A stretch of 38,536 bases of DNA, from assembly GCA_964458525.1 (NCBI GenBank), contig CAYWJE010000002.1:1-38536 (forward strand), written 5' to 3'. The notes beneath the pieces were generated by a model. The model searched no databases, had not been told where the DNA came from, and was given only the letters and a program-made list of their open reading frames with translations. The stretch's first letter is position 1; each line of letters opens with the position of its first letter. Positions 1 to 7,896 of this stretch are shown here, piece by piece. A program made the position numbers and the translations under genes. This DNA comes from an uncultured Verrucomicrobiota bacterium. Lineage in GTDB: Bacteria > Verrucomicrobiota > Kiritimatiellia > JAAZAB01.

Positions 1-78
1 TCCACACATAATTAGATAAATATACATTACGTATGTTTTAATTGGAAGGCATAACTTTCTTTTTGAAAGACGTACACC

Positions 79-1062
79 ATGACTGAGAATTCAAAACCCG
101 CGCGGGGCGCCGTGCGGGCAAGGCTTGTTTATTCCGAATGGGAAGTGAACCTCGCGAGGTTCGTGGCCTTGCGGGCTATAACTTTTATCGGAATGCTCGC
201 CGCGCTGCTCTTCCTGTTCATCGTGGGGGCAGAGTCGGCCGAGTTATTCTTCTACTTCGTCATTGTCCTCGCCTGGTTCGCCGGCAGTTTCCTGATAGAG
301 GCTCTCGTGGTAGCGGTCGGGAGAACGCTCAAACTGCGCTGCGCGCTCTTCGCGATGGCGGACCTGTACTTGATGCTTTCCCTCTTCTCCAATGTCGGGG
401 GCGCGATGCTTCCGGCCGTCAGCGCCTTTGCCGGCTATGTTCTGCTTGCTTCGGTATCATGCGGCCTGCTTGTCGGTGTGCTGTCGGCCGCTATCGGGAT
501 TATTGCATTTGTCCAGGGTTACATGGTTAATACCGATGTTGGCTCCGACACCCTGATTTTCACGGCCTTCATCGCCGTCGCGGCGCTCGCGTGCGCTGCT
601 CTGTGGAAGTCTGGAGTGCTTCATCCATCGTCCGGGAAGGACGACGGTTTTCTGGATGGCGCCGAAGCCACCAGGTTGTCGAAAGAAAACGAGGAGCTTG
701 GCGCGACCGTCTCGGCCATGCAGGAACAGCTTCTAAAGATCACAAAGGAGCGCGACGACGCCATGCTTCGCCTGGACAATAAAGGTACGGAGGACAATGG
801 TGAAACGGCGGGTTCCGAACCGCCCGCCGAAGAACAGCCGCCTCAACAGGAGCCGACGGACGACAGCACCGCGGATGAGAATGCGACGGCGCCGGAAGAG
901 CAGCCCGCAGCCGAAGAGGCGCCTGAACCCGCAGTGCCGGAAGAAGAAACGCCGCCCGTAGAGGCAAGAGCCGAGACCGAACCTTTGGAAACCCCTGTTA
1001 TGGAGACAGTTGAGCCGGAAGCGGCCGCGCCGGATACGCCGGCAAAGGAGACATCGCCTTGA
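79..1062 (+). CDS. Polytopic membrane protein (putative sensor/input module) with a coiled-coil segment and a Pro/Glu-rich acidic tail
   Basis: ATG at 79. The first ~190 aa are 5-6 hydrophobic helices (FVALRAITFIGMLAALLFLFIV, FFYFVIVLAWFAGSFLIEALVV, LLVGVLSAAIGIIAFV). A heptad-like stretch follows (LSKENEELGATVSAMQEQLLKITKERDDAMLRL), then ~100 aa of P/E/A/T low complexity. Stop TGA 1060-1062 overlaps the next ORF. Confidence 0.6.
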   Translation: MTENSKPARGAVRARLVYSEWEVNLARFVALRAITFIGMLAALLFLFIVGAESAELFFYFVIVLAWFAGSFLIEALVVAVGRTLKLRCALFAMADLYLMLSLFSNVGGAMLPAVSAFAGYVLLASVSCGLLVGVLSAAIGIIAFVQGYMVNTDVGSDTLIFTAFIAVAALACAALWKSGVLHPSSGKDDGFLDGAEATRLSKENEELGATVSAMQEQLLKITKERDDAMLRLDNKGTEDNGETAGSEPPAEEQPPQQEPTDDSTADENATAPEEQPAAEEAPEPAVPEEETPPVEARAETEPLETPVMETVEPEAAAPDTPAKETSP

Positions 1063-1736
1063 ACATGGACGAAAAGGACCTCGCGCGAATGAATTCCGTC
1101 CTGCGGCACACCCTTCGCAATTTCGCGTCTGGAATCAAAACGGCAATGTCAATCCTGTCTTCCGAATGCGAGAACTTTCTTCCGTCCCGCTCAATGGAAT
1201 ATTTTCCACTGATCGCGAATGAATGCAACCGCCTTGACCTGATCACAAAAAGAATGAATCTCATATTCGACCCGGTCCAGCTTGGCGGCGGTGAGGCGGC
1301 CGGAGCGATTCTTGAAAAACTCACGGCTGGCGTTCGCAAGGATTTTCCCACGGCCGCGATATCCTTGAACGTGGATGATGCGAGTCTCGGCATTATCGTG
1401 CGGGGCTCCGATGCGATTCTTGCCGCGCTGCGCGAGGCCGCAGTGAATGCAATAGAGGCGGATGTCCGCAAGGAGGCGCTTATTTCCTGCGGCCAGCGTG
1501 AAGGGTTCGTCTTGTTTCGCGTCGAGGACCGCGGCCCGGGCGTGCCAGCCGGGGATATCGGGAATATCTTCCAGGCTTTTTTCACAACCCGCAGCAGCCA
1601 TATCGGAATCGGGCTGACCATAGCGCGGCGAATGATGGAGGCAGTGGGCGGCACGGCCTCGGCATACGAAAACGCGGGCGGCGGGTTTGCAATCGAGCTG
1701 GCGGCGCCGGGAGCGGACTCCTCCGCCATACGGTGA
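1059..1736 (+). CDS. Histidine kinase catalytic core (DHp + HATPase_c) with no transmembrane or sensor domain
   Basis: H-box RHTLRNF lies close to the N-terminus. N-box AVNAIEA, G1 VEDRGPGVP, F-box IFQAFFTT and G2 GIGLTIARR are all present. There is no hydrophobic segment. TTG 1059 overlaps the upstream stop (TTGA); the first ATG is at 1065. Confidence 0.8.
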   Translation: MNMDEKDLARMNSVLRHTLRNFASGIKTAMSILSSECENFLPSRSMEYFPLIANECNRLDLITKRMNLIFDPVQLGGGEAAGAILEKLTAGVRKDFPTAAISLNVDDASLGIIVRGSDAILAALREAAVNAIEADVRKEALISCGQREGFVLFRVEDRGPGVPAGDIGNIFQAFFTTRSSHIGIGLTIARRMMEAVGGTASAYENAGGGFAIELAAPGADSSAIR

Positions 1737-1757
1737 ATGTTTTAAGGAGCAATATAT

Positions 1758-3158
1758 ATGACCGAACTGGAAATACTGCTGATAGAAGATGACGATCTTC
1801 AGAGAAAAGCCCTTTGCGACGTGTTGACGCGCAAGGGGCACGGCGTGCAATCGTCCAATTGCCTCGCCGCCGCGGACGAGATGATTGGGAAACAGGAATT
1901 CGACCTCGTGCTGCTCGATATGCACTTGCCCGACGGGAAAGGCCTGGATTTCCTGTCGAGACACAGGAAATCCGACTCGGACTGCGTATTCGTGCTGATA
2001 ACCGCCTTTGCCAACCTTGAGGATGCCGTAAACGCCATCAAACTAGGCGCCTACGATTATCTCTCCAAGCCGTACGAAGATGAGCATATAGACAAGATCG
2101 TCAGGAACGTGGCCGAAAACGTGGCGCTCGCGAAGCGTGTTCAGTCCCTCAGCCGGATGACCTCAACACTGAACCAGGAGGTATGGCAGTTCGACAACAT
2201 GATTGGAACCGATGCCCTGAAGGACATATTCGAAAAAGCCCAGCGCGTGGCGAGCTTCTCCGACAACACATCACTTCTGATACTCGGCGAGAGCGGCACC
2301 GGCAAGGGCATGCTGGCGAAGGCGATTCACCGCTTGAGCAACCGGGCCGACAAACCTTTCGTTGACATCAATTGCTCCGCCATCCCCGCCCAGTTAATAG
2401 AAAGCGAGATCTTCGGATATGAAAAGGGCGCCTTCACCGACGCGAAGAACCGGAAATCGGGTCTGCTGGAAGTCGCGGACGGCGGCACGGTGTTCCTTGA
2501 TGAAATCGGCGATATGGACGTGAACCTGCAGAGCAAGCTTCTAAAGGTCATCGAGGATAAAGAATTTCGCCGGCTTGGAAGTCCGCGCACCACGAAAGTG
2601 GACGTGCGCATAATTGCCGCGACAAATCGTGATCTTCAGAAGGCCGTCAAGGACGGAACATTCCGCGAGGACCTGTATTATCGGCTTTCCGTTGTTCCAA
2701 TAGAGCTCCCTCCGCTTCGCGAGCACAAGAGCAGCATCTCTCCGCTCTCGGAGCACTACCTGCGCGTTCTCGGCAAGGAAATGAACCGTTCGTTCAAGGG
2801 CTTTACCGCCGCGGCTATGGATGCAATGATGAACTACTCATGGCCGGGAAATGTCCGTGAACTGCGCAATGCCATAGAGCGCAGTATCATCCTGGCCGCC
2901 GGCGATCAAATTGATGCGCAGTGGCTTGGCCTGCCCGACGGAAAATCGCGGGTTTCCGAACCGGTTACGGATCATGACACTGTTACTACCAATATCACCA
3001 ATGAGATTGAGCCCATGAGCCTCGCGGAATGCGAGAAGCGGTTGATAACCTCCGTCCTGAAAGCCGCCGAAGGCAATAAGAATAAGGCTGCGGAGATTCT
3101 CAATATTCACCGCACCACTCTATATAAGAAGATAGAGGAGTACGGGATAAAGGTGTAG
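1758..3158 (+). CDS. Sigma54-dependent response regulator (REC + AAA+ + Fis-type HTH; NtrC family)
   Basis: REC domain (ILLIEDDD, DLVLLDMHLPDGKG, KLGAYDYLSKP). AAA+ domain with Walker A GESGTGKG, sigma54-contact loop GAFTDA and Walker B VFLDEIGDM. C-terminal HTH NKNKAAEILNIHRTTLYKKI. AAGGAG RBS sits upstream of ATG 1758. Confidence 0.9.
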   Translation: MTELEILLIEDDDLQRKALCDVLTRKGHGVQSSNCLAAADEMIGKQEFDLVLLDMHLPDGKGLDFLSRHRKSDSDCVFVLITAFANLEDAVNAIKLGAYDYLSKPYEDEHIDKIVRNVAENVALAKRVQSLSRMTSTLNQEVWQFDNMIGTDALKDIFEKAQRVASFSDNTSLLILGESGTGKGMLAKAIHRLSNRADKPFVDINCSAIPAQLIESEIFGYEKGAFTDAKNRKSGLLEVADGGTVFLDEIGDMDVNLQSKLLKVIEDKEFRRLGSPRTTKVDVRIIAATNRDLQKAVKDGTFREDLYYRLSVVPIELPPLREHKSSISPLSEHYLRVLGKEMNRSFKGFTAAAMDAMMNYSWPGNVRELRNAIERSIILAAGDQIDAQWLGLPDGKSRVSEPVTDHDTVTTNITNEIEPMSLAECEKRLITSVLKAAEGNKNKAAEILNIHRTTLYKKIEEYGIKV

Positions 3159-3256
3159 AGCCTGCTGGTTTTCGCTACATGTTGAAGAATGCTCGGGATT
3201 GGACTTTTCAGGTACAAGTGCTTAGTAATAAGCCTTTTACACCCTCACGCCGCGCG

Positions 3257-3273
3257 TGGCACGCGCACTGCTT
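3257..3273 (+). promoter_or_regulatory. Candidate sigma54 (-24/-12) promoter TGGCACGCGCACTGCTT
   Basis: Exact TGGCAC at 3257-3262. GG (3258-59) and GC (3270-71) have the canonical GG-N10-GC spacing. It lies in the intergenic gap directly after a sigma54 activator gene. Caveat: the predicted start site falls only ~5 nt before ATG 3288. Confidence 0.5.
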
Positions 3274-3287
3274 CCATCCGGTAAGGT

Positions 3288-4139
3288 ATGAGCTCAATAC
3301 TGAAATTACGTTTCCTCTTTTTCTTGATTGCGTGTGTTTTCGTTCTTCTTTTCCGTTGGGATTCATGTATGGCGCAGTTGATTGACGATGCGCCGCATGA
3401 ACTTCCGGCTGATGTCTATGATCCGGAGAAAGACGAAAAGACAGATACAGGCGCATATCCCGCAAAGACGAACAAACCCCCAGCCACCCCGGCCGTTTCG
3501 ATCGAGTCGGAACCTCTTGTCGCCACGGAACCGCGAAAAGATGTTGTAATATCCGTCAAGACACCTGCTGCCACTCAACTGGACACTGAAGACGGGGAAT
3601 ACAAGGCTTTCACAAATCGAGTGAACTCCATCAGGAATTCAATTCACAAAGACTTGTCAGAAGAGTCTTCTCATGGCGGCAGTTTGGCCGGAATGGGAAA
3701 ACTGCAGGAACTGGAAAGGAAGAAGTTTGAGAACAACAGCCTGCGAATCGAAATAGGCAAAAGGGATGAGAAGATAAATGAGCTGCTGGGAATGCTCGCC
3801 GAGGCGATAGGTTTTATCGAGCGGCAGAATGATCTGGTGAAAACGGTGAAGGAGAAGAAGTTGCTGCTGGCGGATCAGATCCTGAAACTGGAAGGTAAGC
3901 TCGATACGCACAAGAAGACCCTTGATCTGCTCAGGCTGGGTGATTTCGAGTACTACGAAGTCAAGGCAAACGACACGTGCGGGTCTATTGCCGCCAATCC
4001 CCTCATCTACAACGATGCATCCAAGGAACAGTATATAAGGCAGGCTAACCGGGACCATGTTGAAGACCTTGACGCGCTTGTTCCTGGGCAGATGCTGATA
4101 ATACCACGTTTCCCGGCGAGCGGCCGCTATGAGTTCTGA
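3288..4139 (+). CDS. Signal-anchored or secreted coiled-coil protein with a C-terminal LysM peptidoglycan-binding domain
   Basis: Hydrophobic N-terminus LKLRFLFFLIACVFVLLF. Long heptad region (LQELERKKFENNSLRIEIGKRDEKINELL...LLLADQILKLEGKLDTHKK). LysM-like C-terminus YYEVKANDTCGSIAANPLIY...LVPGQMLIIP. Confidence 0.7.
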   Translation: MSSILKLRFLFFLIACVFVLLFRWDSCMAQLIDDAPHELPADVYDPEKDEKTDTGAYPAKTNKPPATPAVSIESEPLVATEPRKDVVISVKTPAATQLDTEDGEYKAFTNRVNSIRNSIHKDLSEESSHGGSLAGMGKLQELERKKFENNSLRIEIGKRDEKINELLGMLAEAIGFIERQNDLVKTVKEKKLLLADQILKLEGKLDTHKKTLDLLRLGDFEYYEVKANDTCGSIAANPLIYNDASKEQYIRQANRDHVEDLDALVPGQMLIIPRFPASGRYEF

Positions 4140-4932
4140 AAAAGACACGAGTATAACTGTTCTCGTGGCGGAGGATAACCCCCTCGCGCTGCTGACCGTT
4201 CGCGTGTGCCTGGAGGATATGGGTTGTCTCGTCAGCGAAGCTTCCAGCTGCCGTGAAGCCGTTGAGCATTGGGAGTCGGGCAGGTTCGATCTCGTGATCA
4301 TGGATTACAGGCTGCCCGACGGACTTGGGACCGATGTTATTCGTGAAATGCGCGAGGGAGGACGCAATGATCCTGTGATCTGCCTGACCGCCGAGACGGA
4401 AAATATTTCGGACGAGCAGCGCGCAAAGCTCGGTATACGAGCTGCGCTGAACAAGCCGCTCGACCTGTCGGCGTTGAGGAACGAGATCGAAAAGGCGCGC
4501 GGCGAGGTCCGTCCGGGAGCCCCTGTGCCGGCCGGCGGAAGCCAGGCAGATAAAGAATGCCGGACGATCGGGAAGTTCACTGTTTTCAAGTTTCCCGGCG
4601 CACCGGAAAACGGATCGCTCGAGGATATGGAATGCGCGAGCGGCGGCGAGGACTGGGTGGCAATGGACATGAAAAACGTGAAGCATCTTAATGACATCGC
4701 GATTTCAGCGCTCACTCGAATCGCGGAGCGGTACGCGGATCGCGGCGGCAGGTTCTGTCTGGCCGGGGTTTCCGCGCCTCTACGCCGGCAGCTATCCGAC
4801 CTGCGGGTTGACCGGAAGCTTGATATTTTTAGCGATGTGCAGGCGCTCGGGTTCCTTGGAAGAAGACTTTTCTCCAACATGGAGCGCAGCGCGGTGCTGG
4901 AAAGCGTGATAAAGGGAAAGGTGAATACTTGA
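4129..4932 (+). CDS. Response-regulator receiver fused to a STAS (anti-sigma-factor-antagonist-like) domain
   Basis: REC domain: ITVLVAEDNP, acceptor context DLVIMDYRLPDGLG, LNKPLD. The C-terminal ~110 aa resemble STAS/SpoIIAA (FTVFKFPG...VAMDMKNVKHLNDIAISALTRIAERYADRGGRFCLAGVSAPLRRQL). ATG 4129 overlaps the upstream gene by 11 nt. Confidence 0.75.
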   Translation: MSSEKDTSITVLVAEDNPLALLTVRVCLEDMGCLVSEASSCREAVEHWESGRFDLVIMDYRLPDGLGTDVIREMREGGRNDPVICLTAETENISDEQRAKLGIRAALNKPLDLSALRNEIEKARGEVRPGAPVPAGGSQADKECRTIGKFTVFKFPGAPENGSLEDMECASGGEDWVAMDMKNVKHLNDIAISALTRIAERYADRGGRFCLAGVSAPLRRQLSDLRVDRKLDIFSDVQALGFLGRRLFSNMERSAVLESVIKGKVNT

Positions 4933-4950
4933 ATCGTCAGGTGAACAGAT

Positions 4951-5040
4951 CGGCGGGACAGGGCTGTCCCGCCCTACCATATCGAACCCCCGGTAGGGCC
5001 GCACAGCCTGTGCGGCCATCGAATTTCGAACAGCAGTTAC
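4951..5040. repeat. Palindromic intergenic repeat element (family A), single copy of three nested hairpins
   Basis: GGCGGGACAGGGCTGTCCCGCC hairpin, then CCCTACC-N13-GGTAGGG hairpin, then GGCCGCACAGCCTGTGCGGCC hairpin, then tail TCGAATTTCGAACAGCAGTTAC. The same architecture and near-identical modules recur at 20703-20885. Confidence 0.75.
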
Positions 5041-5053
5041 AAAGGAAGCGGTA

Positions 5054-7471
5054 ATGGCTGAAGAAGTCCAGGCTGAAAAACCCGGATCGGATCCGTCCGC
5101 GGAGACTTCCGGATCAGGCGGCTCCCTGCTGGAGAAGTGGCAGAGATGGCGGCTCGCAAAGCAGGCCGCCCTCTCGCAGGCCGGCGGCAAGGCCGGCATA
5201 ATCTATACGGTGATAACTGCGGCGACTGCGACATTTGCCGTGGCCACGATCCTCCTGGCCGTATTTTTCAGACCCGTCTACCTGGATTTGCGTCAACAAT
5301 ACGAGAACAGGCACGAGACTTTCGCGAAGAAATGCATTGAACAGGCAAAGAGCATCAATGAGGACACGACAAACGTCGCCGAACTGAACCGCGCATTCAG
5401 ATATCTGCGACTCGCGTTTGATAACGCGCGTGAGCCCGACACCCGGAACGAGGCATCTCTTGTAATGGGCGAATATGTTCTCGCCCGTGCCCGGCAGGAC
5501 CCCACTCACCACGCGATCGCGGCCAGGCAGTATCTCTGGGCCGTGCTCGACGTGGAAACCAGGCCCGAAAATTGCATACGCGCGTACAAGGCCCTGATTG
5601 CCGCCAACTACCTGATGAAGGATTTCAACGGATTACAGGATGCCTGCAAAAAAGCTTTAGAGCTGATCACGGACAACGACGAGAGAAGCCGCATCCTGTT
5701 GCTTCAGATTGACCTCTGCCTGGAGAAGGGAACCTGGACTGAATTGCAACAGCTGCTAGCCCAGGCCGGTCCCCTGCGAAACAATCCGCTCTGGCATAAC
5801 GAGTTCACGCTGCGCGAGACCATGGGCAACGAACAGGTTCTCCTGCGGAACAACTGGTTCGATGAGTGGAAGGAGGATAAATCGCGCTTGGCTTCAGAAT
5901 CCAATCCGCTCAAGGACGCGGCGGACGCGGACAAAGCGCTTCGCGCGGCGCTTCTTGAGCAGACTCTTCTGCAATTCCAGGACATGGCCGAATCCGGCCC
6001 GGCGCTTCTGGCCGCCGAAGCGTTTTTCAGGACAGGGCGTCTCTATTTCCACGAGGGTTTGTATGAGCGCGCGCGAATCGCCTTCGGCGATTTTTTGCGC
6101 CTCGAACCGGTCATTCACCAGGCCGACACTCTGCTCATGATGACGAAAACAGCGCGAAAGCTCGGCCGCATGCCGGAAGCCGAGGAGATGATCTCGACCT
6201 TTCTTCTTCAGTTCCCGTGGGGAACGGCAGCGGAGAATGAATTCATCGCGGTTGTGGACGAGGCTATTCTGCAGGGACGCCTGGAGCAGGCGCTGAAGAT
6301 GATCGAAAACTATTCCAGGCTACCGACCGCGAAGAGCACCTTGTCGGAGCTGCTTTGCAAGGCCGGGGAGCTTGCCACGTCCCTCGGACGGTATGAACAG
6401 GCCACGGATTATTTTGAGAGAGTCGTCACTCTCGACACGAGAAACGACCTGGTTGTCACGGCTATGCTCGCGCTGGTGAACATCAAGCTCGAATTGAACG
6501 ATCTTGACGATGCGCGCGAATGGCTTCTCACCTATCTCAACAGGTTTCCCTTCGAGGTGAAACAGGGTGATGCCCTTTTCGCGCTTATCGACATTGATGT
6601 CCGGTGCCACGCCGCGATGGCCGATATCCTGAATGTGGCCGTCACAGCCGTGAACGAATGCCCGGAAGACCCGCGCACGGGCGCGGCGCTTACCCTCGTT
6701 GCTCGCGAACTTGAAGATACGGGACTCTTCGCTCTTGCGGCGGAGCAGTATAACAAGGCTGTGCTGCTGCACTATGTGCAGAAGACAAATAACCCCGAGC
6801 AAGCCGACGATGCCGCGGCGTTCCGGGCCATGCTCGGAAACGCGCGCTGTCTCATGAAGCTTCCGGACCGCCGGCACGAGGCCGGGCAGATACTGCGCAA
6901 GCTCTGCTCGGACACCGCGCCGGGCCCGCTCCGCTCGGAAGCCCTGTATCTCTGGGCAAATCTCGCGCTTTCGCAGGACCAGAGGACCGAGGCCAGGCGC
7001 CGCTTCCTGCTCATCGGGGAGGATGAATCCTCGCCGGAGACCAGGGCGCGCGCCTCCGTGCAGCTCGCGCTGCTGGACCTGGAGGATTCGGGCGATACCG
7101 GCGAGGCTGTTGCCCGGATCGAGACGGCGCTCAATGACCTCGATCCGTCGGCACGCCCGGAGATAGCGCGCTCAGCCTGGCAGGAAGCCTTCGATCTGCT
7201 GGCGCGATTGCGGGACGTGGACGGAATGCAGCGCGTATTCGGCGAAGCCGTCAAAAACGGGGGGCTGGACCCCGAAGTCTTGTCAACCCTCAATTACCGG
7301 CTTGGAAGCATGATACTTGCAGAGAAAGGTGTTCCGGAGTTCGTCGCCAGGATGGAAAAGAACAACGGAGTACTGCTCGCCAACAAGTTGGAGCCAAGCG
7401 CGGATATCCTTGACCTTATCGAACGCGCGCGGAATATCGAGACGCAGAAGACGACCGTTGGAAAACTTTAG
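5054..7471 (+). CDS. Membrane-anchored TPR-repeat protein (805 aa)
   Basis: AAAGGAAG RBS upstream. One TM helix near residue 55-80 (IIYTVITAATATFAVATILLAVFF). About 720 aa of repeated helical-pair units with TPR-like A/L/Y spacing follow (RAYKALIAANYLMKDFNGLQDACKKALEL; AEAFFRTGRLYFHEGLYERARIAFGDFLRLEP; LGRYEQATDYFERVVTLD). Confidence 0.75.
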   Translation: MAEEVQAEKPGSDPSAETSGSGGSLLEKWQRWRLAKQAALSQAGGKAGIIYTVITAATATFAVATILLAVFFRPVYLDLRQQYENRHETFAKKCIEQAKSINEDTTNVAELNRAFRYLRLAFDNAREPDTRNEASLVMGEYVLARARQDPTHHAIAARQYLWAVLDVETRPENCIRAYKALIAANYLMKDFNGLQDACKKALELITDNDERSRILLLQIDLCLEKGTWTELQQLLAQAGPLRNNPLWHNEFTLRETMGNEQVLLRNNWFDEWKEDKSRLASESNPLKDAADADKALRAALLEQTLLQFQDMAESGPALLAAEAFFRTGRLYFHEGLYERARIAFGDFLRLEPVIHQADTLLMMTKTARKLGRMPEAEEMISTFLLQFPWGTAAENEFIAVVDEAILQGRLEQALKMIENYSRLPTAKSTLSELLCKAGELATSLGRYEQATDYFERVVTLDTRNDLVVTAMLALVNIKLELNDLDDAREWLLTYLNRFPFEVKQGDALFALIDIDVRCHAAMADILNVAVTAVNECPEDPRTGAALTLVARELEDTGLFALAAEQYNKAVLLHYVQKTNNPEQADDAAAFRAMLGNARCLMKLPDRRHEAGQILRKLCSDTAPGPLRSEALYLWANLALSQDQRTEARRRFLLIGEDESSPETRARASVQLALLDLEDSGDTGEAVARIETALNDLDPSARPEIARSAWQEAFDLLARLRDVDGMQRVFGEAVKNGGLDPEVLSTLNYRLGSMILAEKGVPEFVARMEKNNGVLLANKLEPSADILDLIERARNIETQKTTVGKL

Positions 7472-7488
7472 AACGCGGGAGATCCGGC

Positions 7489-7896
7489 ATGCAGATGTCT
7501 GAACAATACCAGGATGAAGAGAAGATCCTCGCCTCGATGGTCAAGAGCAGGGAATGCTGTCGGCAGGCCGGGAAGGCGCTGGCGGTGGCGCGTGCGGCGG
7601 CGGAACAGTCCGGCGAAGCTGGCGGGAATGTCGAACAGATGGCCGTGGCCGACAGAGCGATAACGCAGATGCTTTCACACCTTCAAAAGGTGCCGCTGAA
7701 AATGGCCGACGCAATGGGCTCAAACGAGTCGAAGGAATACGCCGCCCGGCTCCTTCTGGAAATCAGCGAACTGCTCGAGAAAGCCATGATCATGGAGCGG
7801 GAAACAAGGGATATCATCGGCTCCGTTCCCGCTCCGGCCGCAGCGCAGCGAACGCGGCGTGCGGCGCGGGCATATTCAAAGGCAGAAACAGTATGA
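7489..7896 (+). CDS. Hypothetical small helical protein (135 aa), translationally coupled to the downstream kinase
   Basis: GGGAGA RBS 8-13 nt upstream of ATG 7489. Its stop TGA 7894-7896 overlaps ATG 7893 of the kinase (ATGA). No motif was recognised. It is coherent with the operon and has a non-repetitive helical composition. Confidence 0.5.
   Translation: MQMSEQYQDEEKILASMVKSRECCRQAGKALAVARAAAEQSGEAGGNVEQMAVADRAITQMLSHLQKVPLKMADAMGSNESKEYAARLLLEISELLEKAMIMERETRDIIGSVPAPAAAQRTRRAARAYSKAETV

Noticed and set aside
998-1729. Long antisense or alternative-frame ORFs throughout the window (e.g. 998-1729 -, 4045-4686 -, 9914-10597 -, 12593-13270 -, 15506-16357 -, 18446-19180 -, 23465-24262 -, 29913-30590 -, 34279-34824 -)
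   Set aside because: They lie opposite or overlapping genes with strong family motifs. They have Arg/Ser/Pro/Ala-rich compositions typical of shadow ORFs in GC-rich DNA, and no recognisable motifs.
7554-7892. Long N-terminal extension of the PAS kinase ORF (track start 7554, 525 aa)
   Set aside because: The extra 113 aa are Arg/Gly-rich with no domain character. They overlap the better-supported ORF 7489-7896 in another frame. ATG 7893 gives an ATGA stop/start overlap and a normal kinase N-terminus.
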